Below, piece by piece: positions 10,733 through 19,645 of a stretch of DNA of 58,854 nucleotides. The notes beneath the pieces are model-generated. The model was given only the letters and a program-made list of their open reading frames with translations. It had not been told where the DNA came from and ran no database searches. Location of the stretch: the NCBI GenBank assembly GCA_944358775.1, contig CALVRU010000005.1:1-58854 (forward strand), written 5' to 3'. Positions within the stretch are counted from its first letter, which is position 1. The number at the start of each line of letters is the position of its first letter. The position numbers were made by a program, and so were the translations under genes. The DNA is from an uncultured Bacilli bacterium (GTDB lineage: Bacteria > Bacillota_I > Bacilli_A > RF39 > UBA660).

Positions 10733-11047
10733 TCACTTTAAGTCGTTGATATATTTTTTCAACTGTTTACTTTCTGGTCCTAAAATAATCTTCAATTGAT
10801 TATCGATTTCGACAATCCCTTTTGCGCCTAGTTTTTGAATGGCATCTTTATTGACAATACTGACATCTTTTAAAGTTACTTTGAAACGTGACAAGTTTAC
10901 TTCTGTACTAAGAATGTTTTCTTTGCCTCCTAGATATTCTACTAATTTGTTCATCTGTAAATGGGCATCTTTTTTATTTGCTTTCAAAATTGCTAGTACG
11001 ACAATTAGGAAAACTACTAAAATTATAATATATTGATAATTGTTCAC
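10733..11047 (-). CDS. Membrane-anchored PTS EIIB-like domain protein lacking the catalytic Cys
   Basis: LGGKENI...SRFKVTLKD...LGAKG...IILG glucose-family EIIB pattern with an N-terminal TM. Confidence 0.8.
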   Translation of the reverse strand: MNNYQYIIILVVFLIVVLAILKANKKDAHLQMNKLVEYLGGKENILSTEVNLSRFKVTLKDVSIVNKDAIQKLGAKGIVEIDNQLKIILGPESKQLKKYINDLK

Positions 11048-11083
11048 TTTCTATCACCAATGTTATTATACTATATCTAACGG

Positions 11084-11419
11084 TTACTTTTCAATGTGAA
11101 ATGTAAGAATATCATCGATATTCACTTCTTCTTCGTCTCTTGTCAAAATATAATTTCCGGCTTTGCCAATTAGTTTTGTATGATATGTTTTCTCTTTTGT
11201 CGTAAAGGTTACGGGAATATTAAAACTATGTCTCGTGGAATGAAACACACGATCGATTTCCTCTTGGACACTGTTTTCTTCTTTGCCGAAGACTTCCCTA
11301 GTTGGTGCTAAATTTTGATTTTGTTCTTTTGAAGATCGAAAAGAATAAAATACATCTTTGTTATGATCCACTTTTTTATTTAAGGGTGCCTGATAGATTC
11401 CTGGTAATTTTTTTCTCAC
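11084..11419 (-). CDS. Hypothetical protein
   Basis: 111-aa ORF, GTG start with AGGAGG RBS. Confidence 0.7.
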   Translation of the reverse strand: MRKKLPGIYQAPLNKKVDHNKDVFYSFRSSKEQNQNLAPTREVFGKEENSVQEEIDRVFHSTRHSFNIPVTFTTKEKTYHTKLIGKAGNYILTRDEEEVNIDDILTFHIEK

Positions 11420-11501
11420 TGTGATTACCTCCTATCTCATTTTATGATTTGAGCAAATAAAACTTGCTAAAAAATACCATAATAATATTGGGTGAAGTGA
11501 G

Positions 11502-12626
11502 ATGAAGAAAAAAATAGGATCACTCGATATCGGTTTATGTATTTTCTTATTACTATTCTTTGGAATTAGCCTCGTTACGATTTATAGTGCTTCAACGTAT
11601 TTACCAGATTACTTAGGAAATTTGCCATTAAAACAGGCTATTTGGTATGCGATTGGTTGTATCGTTATTTTGGTGATGTTAAAGGTTGGAAATGATCGAA
11701 TTTTAAGTTGGGCTTGGTATCTTTATATCATCGGTGTTTTTTTATTGGTTTTAGTTCTTTTTTTAGGAAAACCTTATAATGGGAGTCGTTGTTGGTTTAG
11801 TCTACCGGGAATTGGGACTTTTCAACCTAGTGAATTTATGAAAATTATATTGATCGTTACGTTGGCTCGTTCTATTCATGATTTTCAAGAGTCAAAAGAA
11901 AAAATCGGATGGAAAGAGGAATTTTTCTTTTTAATCAAAGTCGCTCTTATTTATCTCATTCCAACCGTTCTTACTTTTCTAGAACCGGATACTGGTGCCA
12001 TTTTTATTTATACGATTATTACGATTGTCATGTTATTCGTTTCTGGTATTCATTGGCGATGGTTTGTCATCCTTTTTGGAGGTATTTTCGCTATCGGAGT
12101 TTTATTTTTCTATTTTTATTTTTTTCACCAAGAGATGTTAATTCAGCTTTTTGGCAGCAATCTATTTTATCGCATCGATCGAATTTTAGACTGGCAACAA
12201 GGAAGTGGAATGCAACTTGAAAATGCACTCGCTGCGATCGGATCCAGTGGCCTTTTTGGACACGGATTTAATCGGACTCCTATTTATTTTCCAGAATCCG
12301 GAACCGATTTTATCTTTGCTGTCTTTGCTTCTAATTTTGGCCTGGTCGGATCCTTATTATTTCTTGGTCTTATTTTCGGCTTCGATCTTTATCTACTTCA
12401 TATTGCCAAGGGTCAGAAAAAGAAACCGGTGAATCAATATCTCATCGCTGGTATTTTGGGAATGTTACTTTATCAGCAAATTCAAAATATCGGGATGACT
12501 TTAGGCTTGTTACCGATTACGGGAATCACCCTTCCTTTTATCAGCTATGGTGGTAGTAGTTTGATTTCTTATATGATCATGTTGGGCATCATCTTTAATA
12601 TCACACGCGAAAAAACAATCAATTAA
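11502..12626 (+). CDS. SEDS-family peptidoglycan polymerase (RodA/FtsW/SpoVE)
   Basis: FQPSEFMK, EPDTG, PESGTDFIFA, GITLPFISYGGSS. Confidence 0.93.
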   Translation: MKKKIGSLDIGLCIFLLLFFGISLVTIYSASTYLPDYLGNLPLKQAIWYAIGCIVILVMLKVGNDRILSWAWYLYIIGVFLLVLVLFLGKPYNGSRCWFSLPGIGTFQPSEFMKIILIVTLARSIHDFQESKEKIGWKEEFFFLIKVALIYLIPTVLTFLEPDTGAIFIYTIITIVMLFVSGIHWRWFVILFGGIFAIGVLFFYFYFFHQEMLIQLFGSNLFYRIDRILDWQQGSGMQLENALAAIGSSGLFGHGFNRTPIYFPESGTDFIFAVFASNFGLVGSLLFLGLIFGFDLYLLHIAKGQKKKPVNQYLIAGILGMLLYQQIQNIGMTLGLLPITGITLPFISYGGSSLISYMIMLGIIFNITREKTIN

Positions 12627-12634
12627 AAAGGCGA

Positions 12635-13645
12635 CTACTCGCCTTTTTTTCTTAGTATCTCACGATAAACTTGTTCTAATTGTCTGCCGATTTCTTTGAT
12701 ATCTCGATCTTTTGCTACTTGATAAGCCGCTTGGGTTAAATCAGGTAATTCATGATTCAATATCTTTTTGATTTTTATTTCAAATTCGTCGACATCTTTT
12801 GCTTTGTAGACATTTTTGCCATCTTCTAGCCACTCTTCAAACACTGGAATATCCCGAATTAACGCAGGCGTTTTCATGGCACAGGCTTCGACAATGGGAA
12901 TTCCTTCGGTTTCTTCTAAAGTTGGAAAAAGATATAAGTCACAGCCCGTCAACGCAGCTTTAATTGTTTCTTTCGGAACGTATCCTGCAAATGTTAAATT
13001 TGGCAATTTGGTATTGACAGCATCGCGTATTTTTTTGGGAATCACGGAAGGATTCGTATACCCGAACCAAATAAATTGGTATTCTTTCAAACGTTTGGCT
13101 AATTCGACGAAATCTAAAATACCTTTTCTTTCCAAATATAAGCCGATTCCCACAATTACTTTATCATCTTTTTTGTATTGATACTCTTTTCGAAATTTCT
13201 CACCATCTTTTTCGCGACGATGCCAAAAATCGAGTTCAATTCCATTGCTGATCGCCGTAATGGGACGATCAAGATGATAGCTTTCTAATAACTTTTTTGA
13301 ATATGGCGTCGGTGTAACGATATGATCCCCAAGACGATAGCAGGTGCAAATCCATTTCTTAAAAAGCGGGGCAATCTGATTGGAGAAGATAAAACTGTTT
13401 CGAAAATCTTCTTCGGTAGAATGGGCATGATAACAAATCGGAATCCCCTTCTTTTTTAATTTACGGGCTAACCGATAGGATTTTAATAAATAAAAATTAA
13501 TGTGCGCCAAATCATAATCATCTTTCGGATCCGTTGTGTATTCGATTCCTCTTGATGTAAGCGCTTGTTTTTGATGTTCGATCGCCTTTCCTAAACCACT
13601 TTTACTAATACTTTTATAGCCTTCGGTATAAAGTAATACTTTCAT
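12635..13645 (-). CDS. Glycosyltransferase family 4 (glycolipid synthesis, CpoA-like)
   Basis: KSGLG.A, HST.EDFRNSF, RKG..DF, EETEGIPIVEA. Confidence 0.9.
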   Translation of the reverse strand: MKVLLYTEGYKSISKSGLGKAIEHQKQALTSRGIEYTTDPKDDYDLAHINFYLLKSYRLARKLKKKGIPICYHAHSTEEDFRNSFIFSNQIAPLFKKWICTCYRLGDHIVTPTPYSKKLLESYHLDRPITAISNGIELDFWHRREKDGEKFRKEYQYKKDDKVIVGIGLYLERKGILDFVELAKRLKEYQFIWFGYTNPSVIPKKIRDAVNTKLPNLTFAGYVPKETIKAALTGCDLYLFPTLEETEGIPIVEACAMKTPALIRDIPVFEEWLEDGKNVYKAKDVDEFEIKIKKILNHELPDLTQAAYQVAKDRDIKEIGRQLEQVYREILRKKGE

Positions 13646-13655
13646 TTGATTCCTC

Positions 13656-15194
13656 CTACATTAATGGGGCAAAAAATTTAATAATTCCGCGTGCCCAACG
13701 TTGATACCATTTTATTTTTTCTGCTTCTTTTAAAGAGATTAAGATTCCGTCTTCTTCTTGCGTTTTTATAAAATCTTCTTTTAATGAAGCAACCGTTTTT
13801 GTCTTGTACATCCATACTCCACACTCGAAATGATGGACGAGACTGCGATAATCCAAGTTAATGGAACCGATCACGGCGACTTTATCATCACAGACAAAAC
13901 TTTTCGCGTGATTAAAACCACAGTAATACTCATATATTTTGACACCAGCTTTAATCAATGTCGCATAAAAAGAACGGCTAATTAAGTGTACGTACCATTT
14001 ATCTGGAATATGAGGGAGCATCAAACGAACATCGACACCTCTTTTGCTTGCTCGCGCTAATGCATCTAACATATCGTAATCGATAATTAAATAAGGGGTA
14101 TTAATATAAAGATAGTGTTGCGCTTGGTTGATCATATTTAGATATACGGTATTTCCTACTTGTTCGTCGTCGAGGGGACTATCTCCAAATGGTTGAACAA
14201 ACCCGTCGTTTGCTACACGATTGCCTTTGGCTAAGAAGTCAGCAAAATTACTATCTTCCTCTCGATAGAAATCCCACGACTCTAAAAATAAGATAGTCAA
14301 ACTTTGAACAGCCTCCCCTTCTAGACGGATGGCGGTATCTTTCCAATGACCGTGTTTTTCGATTTTATTGATATATTCATCGGCTAAATTGATTCCACCG
14401 GTGTATCCGACTTCTCCATCGATAACCATGATCTTACGGTGATCACGATTATTATGAAACAAAGAGACAACAGGAATAAAACGATTAAACGGAATACATT
14501 TTATGCCCATCTTGTCGAGTTGTTTATAATAGTCACTTGGTAGCAAAGCAATCGAACCAATATCGTCATACATAACCCGAACATCGACACCTTCTTGAAC
14601 TTTTTCTTTCAATATTTCTAAGATATGATCCCAGAAATATCCTTCTTGAATGATGAAATATTCGATAAAAATGAATTTTTTGGCATTTTTTAAATCTCGT
14701 AACATGTCTTCTAGGACATCGTCTCCAAACGGATAATATTTTGTTTTAGTATGTTGATAGATCGGACTTCTAGAAAATTTTTGGATGTAACTGGCCTGTT
14801 GATACATTTCATAATCTTCTTTTTGAAGCTTTTCTTCCACTTGTCTATCTTGAATTTGAATCAAGTAACTTTTCTTATATAAACGTTTCCATTTTTGTGA
14901 TTCTTTTTTACTAATATGATGATGACTGAAGAATAAATATAAGATTCCGCCCAACAATGGAACGATTAAAATAAGAACGATCCACGGCAACTTAAAAGAT
15001 GGACTTTCATTTTTGTTGACAATATACATAATCATCAACAAGCTTAACACCATTAAGGAACCGTAGATATAAATAAACTGATCACTTAACTTCCATAGTA
15101 CTAAAATAAGGAATATTACTTGGATCGCAATAGCGATACCCGTAATCACCATTCGATGAAATAACCAATGGAAAATTTTCGACATAACGATCAC
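13656..15194 (-). CDS. cls: Cardiolipin synthase
   Basis: Two HKD motifs (HRKIMVID, HAKSFVCD) and N-terminal TMs. Confidence 0.95.
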   Translation of the reverse strand: MIVMSKIFHWLFHRMVITGIAIAIQVIFLILVLWKLSDQFIYIYGSLMVLSLLMIMYIVNKNESPSFKLPWIVLILIVPLLGGILYLFFSHHHISKKESQKWKRLYKKSYLIQIQDRQVEEKLQKEDYEMYQQASYIQKFSRSPIYQHTKTKYYPFGDDVLEDMLRDLKNAKKFIFIEYFIIQEGYFWDHILEILKEKVQEGVDVRVMYDDIGSIALLPSDYYKQLDKMGIKCIPFNRFIPVVSLFHNNRDHRKIMVIDGEVGYTGGINLADEYINKIEKHGHWKDTAIRLEGEAVQSLTILFLESWDFYREEDSNFADFLAKGNRVANDGFVQPFGDSPLDDEQVGNTVYLNMINQAQHYLYINTPYLIIDYDMLDALARASKRGVDVRLMLPHIPDKWYVHLISRSFYATLIKAGVKIYEYYCGFNHAKSFVCDDKVAVIGSINLDYRSLVHHFECGVWMYKTKTVASLKEDFIKTQEEDGILISLKEAEKIKWYQRWARGIIKFFAPLM

Positions 15195-15261
15195 CTATAT
15201 TTTGATTATATCATAAAAAGGAAAAACGCATAGAAAAAAGCGGAAAATTCCGCTTTTTGTT

Positions 15262-16509
15262 TTATTTCGTGTAATGTTGATCCGATGATAGTTCTTGAAT
15301 TAATTGTTCTACATAATTGGTTTCCATATAATAGTTTTTATATTCATCTACTTGTTGATGCCATACTGCTCCAGGAGTTGGTTCATAGCAATAAATCGGA
15401 TCGATATTTTGGGCGAGGGTCTTACTATCATCATAATAAAGAACCATGTTTACATCTCCTTTTTGATAAGGATAGCCTTTTTTCATTTTCGTAGCGATAT
15501 TGAAGACACTGCGAATCATCGAGTCAATTCCGGCTTCTGGTGTTGGAAATGTGTACCCTAATACATTACCAGGATTGTTTTTTAAAAGGCAGTTTTTTTG
15601 GAGTGTCGTACCACTACCTAAAGGCCCGATACTTTCGGTTCGAAAAATACCGATGAAAGTAGCAATCAGCTCCGGATCTTCGATTCCATACAATAGGCAG
15701 ACCTTTACAATCGCTTTATCCCATTCTTCCGCAGTAGTAGCTGTAATAGCTGGTGCTTTTTCAGGATGCGACCAATAATATTGTGCAAGAATTCGCGTAT
15801 ATGCATAATTTTCATTTGTATAATTCGCCAATTGATCTTGATTGTTTTCAATAATCGCCCTCGCTTCTTGTTCGTTCATTTGGAAAAAGGAAGCAATTTC
15901 AGCAATCGGATTTAATTCTTGGTCGTTTATTACTTCTGCTTGATCCGGTATTTCCGTCTCAGAAGACTCTATTTGAACTTCTTGTGGAGACGACTGATCA
16001 ATCACTGTATTTTCAAAAGAATCGATTTCTTCTTGTTGAAATTGATGAACTAGTGTGCCAACTATTTTAGCTGTTTGTTCTGTTTGTTTTCTGTTTATCA
16101 AAGTGATACCAGTCGTCATACAAATTCCAACTAAGGCAAATGAAATAAAACGTAACCGAATTTTCTTTTTTCTTTGTTGTTGACGGCGTTGTTCTAACGA
16201 GTGCAAATAATTTGCGTGAAGTCGATTCGGTAACGAATCAAAAAGTGGTTGATTTCTTATTTCGGTATAGTGGTCGAGCACAATTCTAGTAGAAGCTAAA
16301 TTCAAAAACAAACGATCTTTTTCATGATCGTACTTTGATGAGACAATCGGTGTAGTAGCAATTCGATTGGCTAATTCTACAGCTTTCAAGTATGCTTCTT
16401 GAATATTTTGAATTTTTCGCATATAAGTAGTTTGATCTTTTCTTTTGATATATTGTGTCACTTCATAAGTATTATTGTTATGTAAGTGCAATACGTAAGT
16501 ACTAGTCAT
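15262..16509 (-). CDS. Membrane-anchored protein with a probable lysozyme/glucosaminidase-like C-terminal domain
   Basis: Central TM, then IFRTES...NNPG...FPTPEAGI...IYC...W..QV pattern resembling glucosaminidase-like domains. Confidence 0.5.
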   Translation of the reverse strand: MTSTYVLHLHNNNTYEVTQYIKRKDQTTYMRKIQNIQEAYLKAVELANRIATTPIVSSKYDHEKDRLFLNLASTRIVLDHYTEIRNQPLFDSLPNRLHANYLHSLEQRRQQQRKKKIRLRFISFALVGICMTTGITLINRKQTEQTAKIVGTLVHQFQQEEIDSFENTVIDQSSPQEVQIESSETEIPDQAEVINDQELNPIAEIASFFQMNEQEARAIIENNQDQLANYTNENYAYTRILAQYYWSHPEKAPAITATTAEEWDKAIVKVCLLYGIEDPELIATFIGIFRTESIGPLGSGTTLQKNCLLKNNPGNVLGYTFPTPEAGIDSMIRSVFNIATKMKKGYPYQKGDVNMVLYYDDSKTLAQNIDPIYCYEPTPGAVWHQQVDEYKNYYMETNYVEQLIQELSSDQHYTK

Positions 16510-16676
16510 CCCCTATCTCCCCCCTTTTAATATTGGCATATTATAACACTTTTTTGAAATTTTGTCAATTTTTCTCTTTTTAGTATTGACTTTCTTTCTC
16601 CTTTAATGATATGATTAATTCGCTGATGCAGAAGAAGTGATTTGCCTATGTCGCTTTCGACTGTATAAGTATTCGT

Positions 16677-16752
16677 GGGGAATTAGCTCAGCTGGGAGAG
16701 CGCCTGCTTTGCACGCAGGAGGTCAGGAGTTCGATCCTCCTATTCTCCACCA
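16677..16752 (+). tRNA. tRNA-Ala(TGC)
   Basis: GGGGAATTAGCTCAG...CCTGC-TTTGCAC-GCAGG...CCA; G3-U70. Confidence 0.97.
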
Positions 16753-16807
16753 TTTAAAATATAACCCTTATTGATTAAGGGTTTTTCTTTTGATTCATTG
16801 TTTCTAT

Positions 16808-16883
16808 GGGGAATTAGCTCAGTTGGGAGAGCGTTTGCTTCGCATGCAAAAGGTCGGGAGTTCGATTCTCCTATTCTCCACCA
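16808..16883 (+). tRNA. tRNA-Ala(CGC)
   Basis: Anticodon arm TTTGC-TTCGCAT-GCAAA, G3-U70, encoded CCA. Confidence 0.95.
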
Positions 16884-16896
16884 TTGGGAAATCTGT

Positions 16897-16966
16897 TCGA
16901 ACTAGAAATAGTTCGTTTTTATATGTTTTTAAGTGTCCGAAAAGTGTCTAAATATTTTGATGATTT
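16897..16966 (+). repeat. att-like repeat copy 1 (copy 2 at 19463-19537)
   Basis: TCGAACTAGAAATAGTTCGTTTTT identical in both copies, followed by CGAAAAGTGTCT; each lies 13 nt after CACCA. Confidence 0.85.
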
Positions 16967-17178
16967 GGGTATGTCAAGAAATAAAAATTTAAAGACAGTT
17001 AATAAATAATATGGGTATATGATTATATAAAAAAATCAGCATAACCCTTTATAAACAATAGGATAAATGACGATTTTTTACTTAACAACTGCAAAACTTG
17101 GGTTATTCCATATCTTGAAAAAACAGTTGGAATTAAATTAGCAAGAGATGTTAATGGAACACTTAAAGAAAAAATATA

Positions 17179-17643
17179 TCATTTAAGTTCAAATTTTTTA
17201 ACATAGTTGCTGATAATAGGCTTTCTATGATTTAAATAGTTTGAAACATTAGTTTTGATGTTAATAATTCTGGACAAATTGTTTAGAATTTTTTCTTCTT
17301 CTTTATCAGTAATGTTTTTATAATTTGAATATTTTTTATATACATTTGGACTAACTCCCATGTTCTTTTTAAATACCTCCGAGAAATATTCTAATGAATT
17401 AAAACCATTTTTAAGAGCAATACTTAATATATAATTATCATCTTTAAAGTATGTCAAACTATTATATATTCTCATTGTGTTTATATATTCATGTATTGAT
17501 ATATTTAGTTCTTTTTTAAATCTCCTCATTATATATGCTTTATCAAAGCAAAATAACAAACTTAATTCATCAATGGTTATTTCCTTATTTATATTATTGT
17601 TTAAATACTCAATTATGTTGCAAACTAAATCGTTAGAAAACAT
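17179..17643 (-). CDS. AraC-family helix-turn-helix protein (DNA-binding domain only)
   Basis: ITIDELS...YIMRRFKKE...IA..NGFNSLEYFSEVFKK.MGVSP. Confidence 0.88.
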   Translation of the reverse strand: MFSNDLVCNIIEYLNNNINKEITIDELSLLFCFDKAYIMRRFKKELNISIHEYINTMRIYNSLTYFKDDNYILSIALKNGFNSLEYFSEVFKKNMGVSPNVYKKYSNYKNITDKEEEKILNNLSRIINIKTNVSNYLNHRKPIISNYVKKFELK

Positions 17644-17753
17644 AGTATCACCTACATATTTAGTATTATATCATAATTTTATAGAAAAGTCATTTTTGTT
17701 TAAGCCCACGGAAATTATAAATGTTATAATGCTATTGAAAGGAAGTGATATGC

Positions 17754-19103
17754 ATGGCATATTCAAGATGGGCAACAGTTGAAGAATTAAAATCTAAACT
17801 AACCCCAGTCAGTTATGATTCTGAAATTAAAAAATCAGGAATACCAATGATGTATGATGATAATAATCTTTATATTAAAGATGATGAAGCTCACACTTTG
17901 GTTATTGGCTCTACAGGAAGTGGTAAAACTCAATCAACACTGTTACCACAATTAAGACTTGCAATTAAAGCGCAAGAATCATTTATAGTTCACGATGTAA
18001 AAGGAGAAATTTATGATGTCCTATCAGGAGAATTAAAAAAACAAAATTATAACACTATTGTAATTAATTTAGATAATCCTACAGTAGGTAATAATTTCAA
18101 TCCATTAAGTTTACCTTATGAATTATATAAAAATGGTCAAAAAGATAAGGCAATAGAATTATTAGAGAATATTGGTTACTATTTTTGCTGTAATGAAACA
18201 TTTAATACTAGTATTGATCCGTTTTGGAATAATTCTGCCACATCATTGTTCATAGGACTTTCACTATATCTATTTGATAATGCAAAAGAAGAAGAAATTA
18301 CTATTAGCAGTTTATTAAATTTAGTATCTGAATTTGATAAATTATCAGAGGAAGTAAAAAAATATGATAAGACTTCTCCTACATACATTAATCTTTCAAA
18401 CATTATATTAGCACCAAATGAAACAAAAGGTAGTATTCTATCAGTGTTTATTCAAAATATGAGATTATTTGTATCAAGAGAAACATTATTAAAAATGTTA
18501 TCTTCATCTAACTTTGATATGACAAATATTCAAAAAGATAAAACTGCACTATTTATTATAAGTAATAACAAGTCAATTTCTAGGAGATTAATTCCTTTAA
18601 TAATTGAAGAATGTTATTATGCAGCAATTAATACTAATGATAAAACTCGTAGATTAAATGTTGTAATTGATGATTTCGAAAACTTAATTCCTATTAAAGA
18701 TTTCAATAATATGCTTACACTTGCAAGAGGCTTTAATATTAAATTTACTATATTCATAAGAAGTATATTAGAATTAAGAAACATTTATGGTCCAGAAGGA
18801 ACTGAAATATTAATAATGGTGTTTGGAAATATTGTTTATTTGTTAGCAAATGATACTGAAACATTAGAAGATATATCTAAACTATGTGGAAATCAACAAA
18901 CTGAAAAAGGAATTGAGCCACTAATTACTGTCGAAGATTTAAAATTATTAAATAATTTTGAATCAGTTATTTTAATTCCTAGAATTTACCCTATCAAATC
19001 TAAATTGCTACCTGATTATCGAATTGATTGGAAATTTAGTGATGAAAAGGTTGCTTTAAAAGAATTAGAAAACAAAGAAATAAAAATATTCAATATAAAA
19101 TAA
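17754..19103 (+). CDS. VirD4/TraG-like type IV coupling ATPase, no N-terminal TM
   Basis: Walker A GSTGSGKT, DVKGE, FNPL, DPFW, degenerate Walker B VVIDDFEN, ISKLCG. Confidence 0.85.
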   Translation: MAYSRWATVEELKSKLTPVSYDSEIKKSGIPMMYDDNNLYIKDDEAHTLVIGSTGSGKTQSTLLPQLRLAIKAQESFIVHDVKGEIYDVLSGELKKQNYNTIVINLDNPTVGNNFNPLSLPYELYKNGQKDKAIELLENIGYYFCCNETFNTSIDPFWNNSATSLFIGLSLYLFDNAKEEEITISSLLNLVSEFDKLSEEVKKYDKTSPTYINLSNIILAPNETKGSILSVFIQNMRLFVSRETLLKMLSSSNFDMTNIQKDKTALFIISNNKSISRRLIPLIIEECYYAAINTNDKTRRLNVVIDDFENLIPIKDFNNMLTLARGFNIKFTIFIRSILELRNIYGPEGTEILIMVFGNIVYLLANDTETLEDISKLCGNQQTEKGIEPLITVEDLKLLNNFESVILIPRIYPIKSKLLPDYRIDWKFSDEKVALKELENKEIKIFNIK

Positions 19104-19144
19104 TGATATTTTTTAATTATTTGATATGACATAATACATTTGTA

Positions 19145-19242
19145 GATGGGATACTTGTGGAGGATTAATGATGTGTTGGCAATGCCAGTAAGCATATTTT
19201 ATATGTGAGCATTCATTCGCCTGGGGTATCCCATCATTTTTT
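19145..19242 (+). ncRNA. Putative structured small RNA (unknown class)
   Basis: Closing stem GATGGGATAC/GTATCCCATC, inner helix and two hairpins, 3' T run, upstream TGACATAAT extended -10-like element. Confidence 0.4.
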
Positions 19243-19313
19243 ATGTAATAATAAGAAGATAGCGTTTTATCAAAAGTATTTCATTTTATCAATAAATAAT
19301 GTATATTATTTAT

Positions 19314-19355
19314 CGAGACGTGCCTAGGAAACTTTTGAAGCCCTAGGCCTTTTTC
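19314..19355 (+). ncRNA. Putative short hairpin RNA or orphan terminator
   Basis: GCCTAGG...CCTAGGC stem plus T run, shortly after a TATATT -10-like box. Confidence 0.3.
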
Positions 19356-19462
19356 ATTTTTATAAAAATAATTTATAAAAATTGTTATAATGGTTATAGA
19401 AATAAATTGTTTATTTATTTGTTGTGATGGTATCTTAACTATCGCACCAGATTGATCATTAC

Positions 19463-19537
19463 TCGAACTAGAAATAGTTCGTTTTTTTATGAGTTTAAAT
19501 TGTGTGGTCGAAAAGTGTCTGAATACATTGATAATTT
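19463..19537 (+). repeat. att-like repeat copy 2
   Basis: Matches 16897-16966; preceded by GCACCA plus a 13-nt spacer. Confidence 0.85.
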
Positions 19538-19645
19538 TAATTTATAAATATAAATAACATCTGTTTATTAGTAAATTATATGGTAAAATAATATTAAGGT
19601 TTTAAGATTTTCAGATGTGGCTGAAGAATTTGGAAAGGAGCCATT

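Noticed and set aside
17060-17200. Coding-like fragment NDDFLLNNCKTWVIPYLEKTVG on the plus strand
   Set aside because: No start or RBS and no recognisable family; at most island debris.
19168-19212. Hammerhead ribozyme reading of the three-way junction
   Set aside because: The core would be ATGATGT/GTAA rather than CTGANGA/GAAA.
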